DNA from: Novakomyces olei
Taxonomy: Eukaryota
DNA: 64,000 nucleotides
Assembly (NCBI GenBank): GCA_016906335.1
Contig: JADEYG010000002.1
Coordinates: 992,001-1,056,000, forward strand
Direction of reading: 5' to 3'
A program made the translations under genes and the position numbers. Under the pieces are notes generated by a model, which was given only the letters and a program-made list of their open reading frames with translations, did no database searches and had not been told where the DNA came from. Below are positions 49,336-61,220 of the stretch, in pieces (within the stretch, counting starts at the first letter, position 1; every line of letters starts with the position of its first letter).

Positions 49336-50583
49336 CTATTGCGCACTAAACCCCGGCCCCGCTCCACCAATACTTGGGGCAAGAGATCCAAAATGGTACG
49401 CGTGCAAGGGCAGTCCACGGCTGCCAAAAGGCGAAGAGTGGCCCGGGCTGCAGCCGTGCACGTTTGTCTCCCACGCCGGCCGCAAAGCCCGTTCGTCCCT
49501 CCATCCAATGAGAGCACGTACGGCCGTGACAATACTCGCCATCCAGTGCTCGCAGGGCTCGTGGCCAGTAGAGTCGTGGAGAGTAGAGTCGCTCTGCCTA
49601 CCACCAGAAATGCCAGCAGAGCCAGAAATGCCAAAAGAATGGGCCTCGAGACTAAACGCAGACTGAACCCGTTCCAGCCAGACGGGCGAAATGTGTCTGT
49701 GCGTCTCTGCCGTCTCCAGCACCAGCATCCACGAAGCCAAGACCTCTTCCCGAGCGGCACGCAGCAGCTGCATGGCCCGTGCCACCTGCCCAAACTGGGG
49801 CAGACGGTCTAGGCACTTGGACAGCTCCAGCAGCACCAGAATCTGTGTCTCTATCACGGCAGAACTGCCCTCCACATTTGCATTTGCATTTGCATTTGCA
49901 TTTGCATTTGCATTCGCATTTGCATTTGCATTTGCATTCGCATTTGCATTTGCATTTGCATTTATACTAACATTTACATTTATACTAGAGTGTGCACCGG
50001 CACACTCACAGACAGCATCGAGCACAGCCTTGTAGGCAGAATGCACACGTGACCAGGCGTAGCGGCTGCCTGGCTCTACTCCGTACGGCATTTCGTGATG
50101 AAGGCTCCGCTCCAAGTGGGACACGTACTCTAAAGCACTTCGCGCAGAGGGCACAGGCACTCTCGCATCGATCTGTGCGAGCAGAGCCGAGTCGGCGGCA
50201 GCCAAATCGCACACTAACTGACGCAGAGCAGCCTGATCCATAAACCCTAACCTCCGCTGTAGGGAATAGCCGCCACGTACACTCGCAGCCTTGCGTGAAA
50301 CTTTGCCGCCTCCTTGCCCAGCGGCACGTGCTAATCGTGCCTGCACTACTGGCTCAGAGTGGATACGGCCTTCTTCCGTCTCCGCCTCTGCCTCTGCGTC
50401 CATTTCAACGTCCTCTGACAGTTTGCGTTTCCGACGCAGTGGGACTGCCTCCTCGCCGAGCCTTTGCGGCCGCCGGTCTGCATGCTCAGAGCTCCGGCGG
50501 AGTAGAGGCGAACCCGGCCGAGGGAGGTGCAGTGGCGACGGTGCTGCCACCACGACGGGGCTCGAGTTGCTGAGTGAGCCCAT
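49336..50583 (-). CDS. STS1: Nuclear proteasome tether Sts1/Cut8
   Basis: RKRK NLS, L.RRL..MD..AL..L, P.PS..SAL, PYG....YAWSRV and LPQF motifs typical of Cut8/Sts1. Contains an (AN)n insert. Confidence 0.78.
   Translation of the reverse strand: MGSLSNSSPVVVAAPSPLHLPRPGSPLLRRSSEHADRRPQRLGEEAVPLRRKRKLSEDVEMDAEAEAETEEGRIHSEPVVQARLARAAGQGGGKVSRKAASVRGGYSLQRRLGFMDQAALRQLVCDLAAADSALLAQIDARVPVPSARSALEYVSHLERSLHHEMPYGVEPGSRYAWSRVHSAYKAVLDAVCECAGAHSSINVNVSINANANANANANANANANANANANANANANVEGSSAVIETQILVLLELSKCLDRLPQFGQVARAMQLLRAAREEVLASWMLVLETAETHRHISPVWLERVQSAFSLEAHSFGISGSAGISGGRQSDSTLHDSTGHEPCEHWMASIVTAVRALIGWRDERALRPAWETNVHGCSPGHSSPFGSRGLPLHAYHFGSLAPSIGGAGPGFSAQ
49875..49962 (-). repeat. Coding (GCAAAT)n hexamer repeat encoding poly(Ala-Asn)
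   Basis: About 14 units, in frame within STS1. Confidence 0.95.
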
Positions 50584-51064
50584 TGCTCTTGTCTCCTCTG
50601 CCTTAAGCACAGCTGCTTACTTACCCACCCTGCGCTAACGAATATGCGTCCTGCGCAACCTCGACGATGGCCGAGTCACAGTTCGCAAAGTGCAAAGGCT
50701 GAATAGTGTACAGCGGCCGTACTCTTTGCCCAACTGCAAGTGGAATGAAGGCTGTGGAACGGTGTAGTGACAGTGTAACAGTGCAATACTGGACAATATT
50801 TACGTTATTAGTACAATATTTAGTATTAGTACAGTTGGATGTACTAATAGTGCCTACAAGTACGATGTACACAGTACAAGTAGTGTGTTTGAATACAAAA
50901 AAAAGTGCGAGATACTTTAAGAGTAGGATATACATCAAGTACGGGGGATATACATCAAGTACAGTTGGAGACACTCTAAAGTACTGTTGGATATACATTT
51001 CAATACAATGTTTGGATATACAATAGTACAATAAAACCACAAGACAGCAACGTCAGCGTGCAGT

Positions 51065-51150
51065 AGTAAAATAGTAGTAAAACAGTACATAGTAAAACAG
51101 TACATAGTAAAACAGTACATAGTAAAACAGTACATAGTAAAACAGTAAAA
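51065..51150. repeat. 15-bp tandem repeat AGTAAAACAGTACAT
   Basis: Four perfect copies plus partial flanking copies. Confidence 0.92.
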
Positions 51151-51479
51151 GTATAGATATAAAGTTGTACGTTGTACAGATAAATAATATTAATTTTGGC
51201 CGTATTGCTCCACATTCGGCACTGTCAAGAGCGAGACGAGATGATACGGCGCCGTGCGCAATAGCAAAAGGCTCAAAATTAATCTTACTTTTTGAATCGC
51301 TGATACATTGCGACTGCAGTACCCGCGAGTCTGTAGTCTCGACGCAAGTGGACTGCGCAGAGACGATTGTACAGTGATCGATTACATCAACCGACAAACC
51401 GACAAACTAACCAACAAACCAACAAACTAACCCTTCCTTCATTGTGGAAAAAAAAGCTAAAAATACGTAAAGCGCAGAA

Positions 51480-54287
51480 ATGTCGTCGACGGGGAGACAG
51501 GAGGCCGATACTGGCGACGACAAGAGCGCAGTGGCGCCTTTGTCGCCACTGCCAGAGCGCGATGAAAGCTCCTTGCGTACAGAGGAAGGCCAAGTGGCAG
51601 TAGACGACGAAGACTCTGTGCCGCAGCAGCAGTATGAAACTGACGACGAATATGACGCAGCGGCAGTTGCGGACGGGTCAGAGGCTGAAGAGCAGCCTTT
51701 GCTGCGCTCTCGCGACAGTGAAAGCCAAGGCCAAGGAGGCAGCCGGCTCCAACTGTGGCGGAGACGGTTAAACGACTCTTTGAAATCTCACCGGGCAACA
51801 AAGCTTTTGCTGGCTCTTTTACTGCTGCTGTTGCTTGCTGGCGTAGTAGTGGCAAGCGTGTTTACTGTGGCTAAAGCAAGAGAGTACGCTGGGCGAGCAG
51901 TGCTTGTTGACGTACGAGGGCTACAAGTCACCCAGATCGATGACGCTAATAATGCACTTGAGGCTAACGTTGTAGTCGCCACAGGTCTGAATGAGTCTGT
52001 TCGTATGCCCTGGCCGCTAAACGCTTGGGCCCGGTCCCGTCATAATGTTACAGTGGGTCCCACAAAGGCTAAACTGCTCTTTGATGGGCGCATAGTTGCC
52101 CGAGCTTTAGTGCCGCCTTTTCATGTCCACGTCGAGCCTCACACGTTTCCTCAGCAAGTGTTTTCCCTGCCTGTAGTGGCCCAACTGACAGACATCGCTA
52201 CCCTCCGCCGAGCGATTCAACAGTACTTGACGAATTCTGCCGGCCGTGGCAATGGCAATGGCAATGGCAATGGCAATGGCAATGGCAATGGTAATGGTAA
52301 TGGTAATGGTAATGGTAATGACACTAGCGGGGATAGCGGGACACAATTTTCCCTACACGCAATAGCACTCGCCCAGTCGGGGCCTTTTATTTCCCTCAAA
52401 GTCCCTGTTAAACGGCAATTTGTACTGCCGTCTATCAGCTTAGATGAGGCTCTGCGCATAGAAGATTTGCACGTCGGCTCTGCTAAATCCTCCATAACTG
52501 CTACTGCCACAGCAGCCTTTGATGCCTCCGTCATCGGCTTCCCTGTTGCTGCAACTGTGCCCGATTTTCAATGGAAACTAATGGCAAAGACATGTAATGG
52601 ATCGTTTGAGCCGGCAGGGCACGCGGAATCCGAGTCTTTCCAGCTGTCGCAGGGCAGCAAAAGACGGGTTAGGGTTAACGTGGCAGGAGAGTTGTCGGAG
52701 CTGTCCCCGGCGCTATTGGAACAGTGTGCTCCCTATGGCCACTCTGCCTTGGATCGCCTGGTTATTGGGTTCCTGGGTCATGAGGGGGCCAGTCTGGATG
52801 TTACACTAGCCCCACCTTTGCCAGAGAGTGATACAGTCGTAGGCGGAGGCAAACAGAACAAGTTCCATACCAACTTTGGCATCGATATTGGTGCAAACAA
52901 CGACTTGTCTTGTTCCACGACTCAACAGCCAACGCTGTTTCATAAACTGCTGCAGGGTGTCATTGTACCGTGCCGACTTCCGGGGCTCGATGCCTTGGAC
53001 GGCGGGCTCGTGGAGACAGTACAGGCTCAGCACGTGACCGCTCGGCTCTTGGACAATGACGGGGAAAGCGGAGACGAGATTGCCGCTGGAGCCAGTTTCA
53101 AGGTAGTCGCACATGAGCCTAAAGGCGTAAATGTCCAGCCGGACATTTACGCTGTCGGAGGCAGTTTGCGCGTCTTGTACAACACGACTCAATTGGCCCA
53201 TTCGACTACCACTAAATTGCTACAAACCCACACACGGCACGATGAGGGGCGGACTATAGTAGACTTTACCGTGCAGGACCAAGTAGTGGCCATGGAAAAT
53301 GCCTCAACCGGCTGGCGACAGTTGGCAGAGGCTCTTTTGGCCGGGGAACCTGCCGATTTATTGGTAGAATCGCTGATGGATGCGAGTGTGCGATTGCCCA
53401 TTGGAAAAGTCGATATCAACCGAGTTCCTTTGGCAATGAATATCACACTACCCAAGATTGGGCCGGCCAGTTTACGTCTTTTGGATTTCATGGTGTCAGA
53501 CACGTTTCCCGAGGGTTTGAGTGTTGATGCTTCTGTTGCTATTTCCCGTCATATACTTCCGGGAACAAGTGTTGACTTGCATCTGCCCTCTGTTTCAGCG
53601 CTGGTAGAGTACGAAGGCTCCGTCCTTGGACAAGTGCTGACAAAGCCGGCCATTGTCTCCTTCACTGACTATGAAACTGGTAAAAGCAAGGGACCGATGG
53701 TAAATGCCACCCTTGAATTTGCTCCCTACAAGTTTGGTGGTGAGCACGCAGAAAGGAGAGCAGAAAAGTTTTTGAGTGCTTATCTGTCTTCGTCCGCGGA
53801 ACCGCCCAACGTTACACTTGTGGGCCACGAGGACTCTGTTCCTGGCCATCCCGCTTTGTCGAGTGGGATTTCTGGACTCGAGCTCAGTGTGCCGGCTCCA
53901 CAGCCCTTTGTCAATGGGACACGTGAATTTGTCAAGGAGACACGGTTCCACGTTATTTCTTCGGCGGTAGACATTTTACTTGAGAACCCGCTCGACACGT
54001 CCGTCACCCTACATTCGATCGAAAGTAAAGCGTTTTTTAATGCCACTCATGTCGCCTCTGTCGACTATAATCTGCCTATCACTCTGGCGCCAAAGTCATT
54101 GGCTTGGACGCCTTACTTGCCCGTGGACTGGGCACTTGAGGACGGCCCTACTATTATTCGCCGGGCTCTTGGCCGTGAGTTGGGCATGGACGCAGTTGCA
54201 AATGTTACACTATCAATGGGCAGTATGCAGCGGCAGTTTACAGTGGGAGTGACTGCTACGGGCACGCATGCTAGTATTCGGCTCTAG
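51480..54287 (+). CDS. Tag1/DUF3712-like single-pass type II membrane protein, probably vacuolar
   Basis: Acidic cytosolic N-terminus with EEQPLL dileucine signal, one TM, long beta-rich luminal region with many N-x-S/T sites, C-terminal ..GTHASIRL. Confidence 0.72.
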   Translation: MSSTGRQEADTGDDKSAVAPLSPLPERDESSLRTEEGQVAVDDEDSVPQQQYETDDEYDAAAVADGSEAEEQPLLRSRDSESQGQGGSRLQLWRRRLNDSLKSHRATKLLLALLLLLLLAGVVVASVFTVAKAREYAGRAVLVDVRGLQVTQIDDANNALEANVVVATGLNESVRMPWPLNAWARSRHNVTVGPTKAKLLFDGRIVARALVPPFHVHVEPHTFPQQVFSLPVVAQLTDIATLRRAIQQYLTNSAGRGNGNGNGNGNGNGNGNGNGNGNGNDTSGDSGTQFSLHAIALAQSGPFISLKVPVKRQFVLPSISLDEALRIEDLHVGSAKSSITATATAAFDASVIGFPVAATVPDFQWKLMAKTCNGSFEPAGHAESESFQLSQGSKRRVRVNVAGELSELSPALLEQCAPYGHSALDRLVIGFLGHEGASLDVTLAPPLPESDTVVGGGKQNKFHTNFGIDIGANNDLSCSTTQQPTLFHKLLQGVIVPCRLPGLDALDGGLVETVQAQHVTARLLDNDGESGDEIAAGASFKVVAHEPKGVNVQPDIYAVGGSLRVLYNTTQLAHSTTTKLLQTHTRHDEGRTIVDFTVQDQVVAMENASTGWRQLAEALLAGEPADLLVESLMDASVRLPIGKVDINRVPLAMNITLPKIGPASLRLLDFMVSDTFPEGLSVDASVAISRHILPGTSVDLHLPSVSALVEYEGSVLGQVLTKPAIVSFTDYETGKSKGPMVNATLEFAPYKFGGEHAERRAEKFLSAYLSSSAEPPNVTLVGHEDSVPGHPALSSGISGLELSVPAPQPFVNGTREFVKETRFHVISSAVDILLENPLDTSVTLHSIESKAFFNATHVASVDYNLPITLAPKSLAWTPYLPVDWALEDGPTIIRRALGRELGMDAVANVTLSMGSMQRQFTVGVTATGTHASIRL
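52247..52320 (+). repeat. Coding (GGCAAT)n(GGTAAT)n repeat encoding poly(Gly-Asn)
   Basis: About 12 units in two sub-blocks. Confidence 0.95.
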
Positions 54288-54771
54288 GCCCACTTAATTA
54301 TGATTCTCGATTTGATACTGATTTTTTTTCTCCGCCTTGTCATTTTAATCATTGCTCTATTTACCTGTTTTGACTTGCTGTTCTTTGGAGTTATTTGTGC
54401 ATAGGCTCGACACCAATCGCTCGACGATTGTATGCCGATTTCTTTCAAATGTCTATTGGTTGACTAATACGCTTCTCACGCTACTCGTCTACTGTCTTTA
54501 GGCTATCTCCAACGGGTCGCGTACAAGGCGCGCGGATAGGCTTTTCTCGTTTACGACGTACATACTTGTCCCAGATATTTTTTATTCATCATTTTCCAAT
54601 GAGAATGCTTATCCAGGGAGCCAGATTTTGATACCTCATTTACGCACAGGCTCGAAAATCTGTTTGTATATCCATTGGCCGGCCGGCAATTACATTCAAT
54701 TATATACAATTATACTCGCTTTAATGTTGGGATAATTCGAATTCAACTTTTACAATCAAAACTTCCATGGC

Positions 54772-55171
54772 TCATCGCCGCCCTTCCACCCTGACGATTA
54801 GTATGAATAAATTTGAATAAAGCAAGGATGACTGATTACATTATTATATGATATCCAAACTGTGTCTTGATAGGCTGTGGCGTGTATACAGGCTTTGCCG
54901 GTGTGGAAACTGGTAATTGAAAAGCAGCGTCCTGGAATGCGCCCACCATTGCCCCACGATTTTGCCAGCCTAAAGAGCCGCCGTGCTTGGCTTTGTCTTC
55001 GCTATACTTGGCTGCAACAGCATCAAACTTGGCTCCCTCACTTAATTCCTGGAGCGCCTGCAAAATTTTTGATTGCTTTTCGCACAAAATGTGCCGTACA
55101 TTTATAGCGTTGGCCGGCTTTAACTTGACTTCGCCCTTGTCAGCGTCACTCTTTGTACTCTTCTTTCCCAT
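54772..55171 (-). CDS. PIN4: Parvulin-14 peptidyl-prolyl isomerase, 2 exons
   Basis: [48 protein letters not shown]. Intron 54839-54791. Confidence 0.95.
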
Positions 55172-55477
55172 TTGTAAGTGTGGAGAGCACTGCCAACCCG
55201 ACTACCATATAATAATAACTCCATACTCTATAGGTTCAGTCGCAAAGTACTAGGAAAAGATAACTAAACCCTAACCCTGAACGTTTAAAACTATTTTGTG
55301 GTCTTTTTGCGGCTAGTTCAATGGAAATTCTGTCATTATAGTGATTAAACTTGACCCAAAACACTGATTAAATCTATACACTCGCGCTCACACGCCAATC
55401 TTTTTGTCACACTTCCCAAACTGAATACAGAGCAACAACACAATACGAGATGCCGCTTGCTATTGGCAAGTACACCC

Positions 55478-57706
55478 TTACTTTGCATAAGCCACTTTCA
55501 AATCATTCGCTTGTAGATCAAAGAGGTCCTTGACACTACTTTCCACATTGCAAGCTGTCGTGCACGCGGCCTCTGCTGTCGGCTCTTTGCATTCAATATA
55601 ATACTTAATTTTACTTTCCGTTCCAGATCCACGTACAGCCACGGCAATGTCCCCGTCTTGTGCGAGGAAATAAACCATTTCTGCGTTAGGCGTATGCGGA
55701 AGCAGACACTTGTGGTCGCTCGTACTCGAATCGAATCCACGCGTAGGATCTATAACGCGTTCTACTGCGTAAGGTCCAATATGCGAAGGGTACGTTTTTG
55801 AGTCGTGCCCACGCAAAACTTTATTTATAACTCGCTTCCCATGTTGACTATCCCGGCAGACGAAATAGGAGTTTCGGGAAGCAAAATGTCCATACTCGTC
55901 ATAAATATTTTGCAGCTGTGCTGAGGCATTCAGCCCATGCCGCAGGAGTCCATCGTAAAGCTGTAAAAATTTACAAACAGCCACTACTCCATCCTTGTCC
56001 AGGGACTCGGTGCCAAACATGTAGCCAAGCGCTTCTTCAAAGGCAAATATAAGGCTGTAGCCTTCACGCTCCAATTGCTCTGCTTTACTGCCAATCCATT
56101 TAAATCCACTGAGTGTGCTTTCGTGCCGGATTCCATGTCTCTTACATATCGTTGCAACAATCCGAGAGGAGACTACCGTGTTTACCATTGCACATTTCTC
56201 TAATGGCTGCTGAGCAGAGTCAACTGCGTATTTTGCAAATAATGCCGCCAGCTCGTTTCCTGTAAATGTTCGCCAGGTACCACTGAATGTTAGATGCTGA
56301 ACGATAGCAAGACGTCAATAAAAGGGCAAAGAAAAACGGAAAAATCGTGGAATAAAAATGCCAGTCTGACAAAAAATACAACAGGATAGACCGAATCATA
56401 AATTTGAGAACAAATCGCTTGCCATACTCTTGTTGTCGTTCAGCCGCACCAAATCGGTCAGCATCTGGGTCATTTGCGATAACGAGATTAACATTTTGCG
56501 CTGTTGCTGCAGCAATTGCTTCGTCCTTTATATCTGTTAACTTTATGAACAAAATTTTACTAGTTTTAGCATACCAGCGCTCCTGCTTCCTCTGGATTAG
56601 GGTACTTGACAGTTGGGAAAGACGGATCTGGTGTCATCTGACTCGGTACGCTTATCATTCGCTCAGAAAATGGTGTTCCACGCAGTACGGCTCGTACAAA
56701 CCGTTCGCCCACGCCATGAATGGGCGTATACACAAAAGGAAAGCCTGTGCAGCTGTGTAATTGAGGACTGTTCAATGATTAGAATGCAGATGAAAATAAT
56801 AAAAACAAATAAAAACAAATAAAAATAAAATGAACCCAAAACCAAACAGAGAATCAAAAAGTAAAAATTTGACAAATTAAATAATCAATAGACATTCATC
56901 CGCAGCACAAGCCAGATAAAATAGTACATACCATTGCTTGTGTACTGAAGCGGTATATTCAGTGAAAACATGGTCGTGGACATTATCAATGCTAGCGGAA
57001 AAGCCGTCGATATCTTGCGGCGCCTGGTGCTTATCAATCTGCGCCTGCACCATACGATCCAGTGGGGGCACAATAGCACACGAGTTGGACATGTATCTAA
57101 ACATTTAGCCCACACAGTTCTCTTGCAGAAGGCTCACAGCTTGTAGCCATTGTCGCGCGCGGGATTGTGAGAAGCGGTTATCATTACGCCCGCATCAGCG
57201 TGGAACAATCTAGTAGCGAAAGGCTAAACCGTCAACAGATAGAAACGCAGCTATTGGTACGAACCACCAATGGTGTTATGGACAACTGCTCCAAGAACCA
57301 CACGCGTATACCACGATTGGCCAACACTTTAGCGACAACTGCGGCAAATTCGGAAGAGTGAAACCGATGGTCGAACCCCACAACGATACTCGGCACTTTG
57401 TCGCTGCTCGTTCTCTGTGAGAGAATGAAAGCAGCGAGACCTTGAGTCGTTTGTAGCACGGTCAAGTCATTCATTCCAGAATACCCTGAACGAACAGGCC
57501 CACGCAGTCCCGACGTTCCAAACGTAATGCGGGGCAGCATTAGCGGTTCAAGAGCCGAATAATTTTGAGCATCTAGTAACCTTGCAATTTCCAGTCGGAA
57601 ACCTTCATTCTGTCCAATTAGCCAATGGATAAGCAGCATTGGTGCTTACACGTTCCCATTGCACGTACTCTTGCGCCAACTGCCGCACCGTGTCCGTTAT
57701 CGTCAT
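55478..57706 (-). CDS. Phosphoglucomutase/phosphopentomutase (PGM2/Prm15 type), 7 exons
   Basis: FGTSGLRG, TASHNP..DNGYK, YTPIHGVG, PNPEE, DPDADR, GFKWIG, FEEALGY, DKDG, RGSGTE. Six introns inferred. Confidence 0.92.
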
Positions 57707-57957
57707 AATGGCAATTGTGAGGAGGAAACTTGAGCTTTATCGCTATACATTTAAACAGACGAATTATCGGGCTAAACGTGTCATTAAACACAAGTTTTGT
57801 ATACGTGTCGCAATAGTTTGCTATGTAACGTATGGCTAAATTGCTAAATATATCCCACGATAATGAGATTATGGCGCCGATAGTGATGTATAACAAACGT
57901 TTTACGATAAATGAGCATATATTGCACGATAAAAGTGAATAATATTGTAACTTGTAA

Positions 57958-58076
57958 TAAATAATAAATATAATAAATATAATAAATATAATAAATATAA
58001 TAAATATAATAAATATAATAAATATAATAAATATAATAAATATAATAAATATAATAAATATAATAAATATAATAAT
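57958..58076. repeat. (TAAATATAA)n 9-mer array in the PGM/SEC12 divergent promoter
   Basis: About 13 perfect copies. Confidence 0.95.
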
Positions 58077-58127
58077 AGACACAAATACTGCGTTCGCAGT
58101 CAGTGCCAAAAGCGACCAGATAGATAG

Positions 58128-59691
58128 ATGGACACTGGAGACACGCCGCTTGATTTTCCGGGCTACGCAATAGCGTGGCTTTCGGACGATCAAGTAGCAG
58201 TAGGCGGAGGTGGTGGTTCCGCCCGTACTGGCCAGGCCAATTCGTTATGTGTATACACAGTTGAGCCAAAGACATTATTGTGCACGAAGCAGCGGAGCGT
58301 CGTATTAGGTCCGAATGACGACACTGTCATGTCGCTTGATGCTAGGGGAAAAGTAAGGGCTAAATTTTGGACGGAATACTTACAGGCAGCTATTAGTGGC
58401 GGGTGTGAATGATAACACGTTGCCGACGGAAAGGGTTGAGAAGAAAAACCAAGAAAACGTGTCAAATGAAATCGAAGAAAAGATAGCGAGTCTGCGGGAA
58501 GAGAACGCGCCTAGAGTTAAAAAGGAATTGCGAAAAGACAAGGGAAGTTTCGAAAACCTTGGCTCGCGCGAAAAGCACGAGGCAAAAGGTGAACACTTTA
58601 CACCTAGTGGCTCGCCATCGAAATCGTCTGGAGAAGGATCGCCTCGTACACGCAGGCCCATGCAAGGCGACTGTGCACGTATTCTCGCGACAGATGCAAC
58701 TACAGCAGAGAATGCCCAAAAATGTGGTTTTGTTTTCAAGAACCCGCAAGACTATTTGGTAATTTCGACGATCGATTCTCGGATAATTTCATTGTTGCTT
58801 TGAAGCTAATTGGCAGAGAGTTGTAAGGTTCAGTAAAGCGGGCGATATGCTGAGCCTGGGAAGTACAGCTGGCGATTTTGCAGTACTGGCCCTGCCGGAG
58901 GCTCTTGGGAAGCAAATTCATTTGGACGGTGCAGAAGTTTACGACACAGATTTCGGTAGTGCCCAGTCTGACTCGGTAAGGTCATTGAAATATTTTTAGA
59001 AATGACAAATTAAAGAAAAAAGGAACAATTTTAAAAAGATGAACTGCAAAACATAAATTTTATCAAATGTTTCGCTATTAAAAGACTAACAAAATCACAG
59101 CAATATGTGTACTTTGCCACTGCACAGTCGGTCAACAGGTGTAAAATTACTCAGAGCAAGCATGGGGGCGTGTCGTTCTTAGGCTATAGCCCAGTCGTGG
59201 ACATTTCCCAGAATGCGAGTGGGCTAGCTATTCGAGCTGCACGTTGTGCTGCTCCAGATACTCTTCTAGTGCTCGTTAACACACTGCATCCTCGGCGGCA
59301 TCGGTCTGCTGAAATACGGAGGTACTCTTCTACCACCAACAGCGATCGGTGGAGTTTAACAAAGACGCGTGCTCTGCATCGAGGCAATCGAGGTGGAACG
59401 TGCTTTGATTTATCAGATCGAGCTGCCGCTGTTGGCCTGGCTGATTGCAGTGTAGCTATTGTTTCAACACGGACCTTGAAGGAAATGGCAAGCCATCGCA
59501 AACATACGTTTCCAGTTACAGCCTGCCGGTTCTCGCCAAACGGACAGTATTTAGCTACGACTTCTGTGGACGGAAAGCTTGTTGTTGTGCGTGTGCCAGA
59601 GGACAAGACGATCGGGACACCGCTTGAGCGTATAATCTTTATTTTACTAGTTCTTTTGATCGCTATTGCTCTGGCTTTTGTACTGCATTAG
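58128..59691 (+). CDS. SEC12: Sec12/PREB WD40 GEF for Sar1, C-terminal TM, 4 exons
   Basis: K-loop VGGGGGSARTGQAN, DYL|RVVRFS, HTFPVTACRFSPNG..ATTSVD, TM tail. Introns starting 58353, 58759, 58976. Confidence 0.85.
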
Positions 59692-59933
59692 CTACCTGAT
59701 GTCTGAGATTATTCATCAATTGTGATACCTTTTTCATAGAAGAACTTAAATATTCAATGATCACTGCAGTCATTTATTCTGGCCGAACGTTTCCTACCGC
59801 GTGTAAGCAGACTGGGCACGTGTGCCTTGATCGATCAAGAATGTAAAACTCAGCCAGTGTGACCAGCCCACTTTTTCAAGTATATACCAAGAAAATAGAC
59901 ATTTATTATAACTCTTATTTGCTATGCTCAGAT

Positions 59934-60796
59934 TTACAACATTCGGTGCAGGGCGGTGTCATTGGCAAATGACTCCAAGTTGTCTAAACTGCTCCACCAT
60001 TTGAAAAGAAACGATTCACAAATCAGTTTGAACCATGGCGTAAACACAAGAGCTAGACTATTAGTAATAATAATAAACTATCAACAGTTTGAATCAAATC
60101 GTACCTTTGTCCTCAAACATAGCACGCAGCTCGTCCTGCGAGACATAACGTGTAGCCTTGACTTCGTTCGTATTTACATGCAAATCCACAGGCTTTTGAA
60201 TGAAAAGAATATAATCGACTGGAATATTAGTATCGACACCAAAAAATAAATAAATAATAAAAAAATAAGATAAAAATAAGAAGTAAAAATAAACAAATAA
60301 AAAATAAAGAGAATTTACTTTCATGCTCTCCCCAGACGCCATCGCTAGGAGCAAGATAATGGATCCGAGTCAAAAAGGTAAAATCCGCTATGGGAACTTG
60401 CTTGGGCTCAATGCCGAGCTCGTGTTCGAGCTTGCGCCGGGCTGCGCGTTTAGCACCCAAAATGGCTTCATCCAAAGAAGCTCCAGTTTCGCCAGCTACC
60501 GCCAGAGGATGTGAGCAACAAGTGTTTGTCCACATCCCGGGAAACGTAATCTTTTCATCAGATCGCTGCTGTAACAGCAGCCTGCCTTGATTATCGAATA
60601 GGAAAACGGAAAAGGCTCTATGTAACAGTCCCTCGCGAATATGCGACATTAAATGGCACACTTTCTTGCTGTCGCTACCAATTGGCTTATCGTTCTCGTC
60701 CAGAGTGATGCACATTTCTTCCATTAGCTTCACCTGCTCCTCATCGTAGCCGTCAAACGATACTGTAGCTGGCTCTGTCACCGTCATGGTCGCCAT
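59934..60796 (-). CDS. IDI1: Isopentenyl-diphosphate delta-isomerase, 3 exons
   Basis: [54 protein letters not shown]. Confidence 0.96.
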
Positions 60797-61095
60797 CTTT
60801 TCACAGTGTCTCTGGCGGAGAAGCTGTGCACACGTAAAGAATGCGAGAACCAATTCTCAACCTTATAATAAAGATTCTTTATTATTAGGATGCTACTTTA
60901 TTGAGAGTGCTATTTTATTGTTTGACAAACGAGTTCCTAACGTTTTTCGCGACACCTCCAATGCTTATTTTCTATTTAATATAGAAACTAAATGTTAACG
61001 TATGACAATGTACGCATCTATATAGGTACAAGGGCTACTTTTATCCCAGCAACCGGCCAATATACACAGAATTAAATGTAGTATGTATGGTGGAT

Positions 61096-61160
61096 ACGAT
61101 AAGATAAATACGATAAAACGATAAAACGACAAATACGATAAATACGATAAATACGAAAAA
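61096..61160. repeat. Imperfect (ACGATAAAT)n array in the IDI1/RSM26 divergent promoter
   Basis: About 7 degenerate copies, several containing GATAA. Confidence 0.85.
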
Positions 61161-61220
61161 TACTAGGGTTTTCCGGAAAAAAAATTAATAGCAGCTGGCA
61201 AGGTTTCGCAAACGACTAGA

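Noticed and set aside
50588..50624. Possible 5'UTR intron in STS1 (GTAAGT at 50624)
   Set aside because: No convincing branch site, and candidate acceptors give only 27-37 nt; unsupported.
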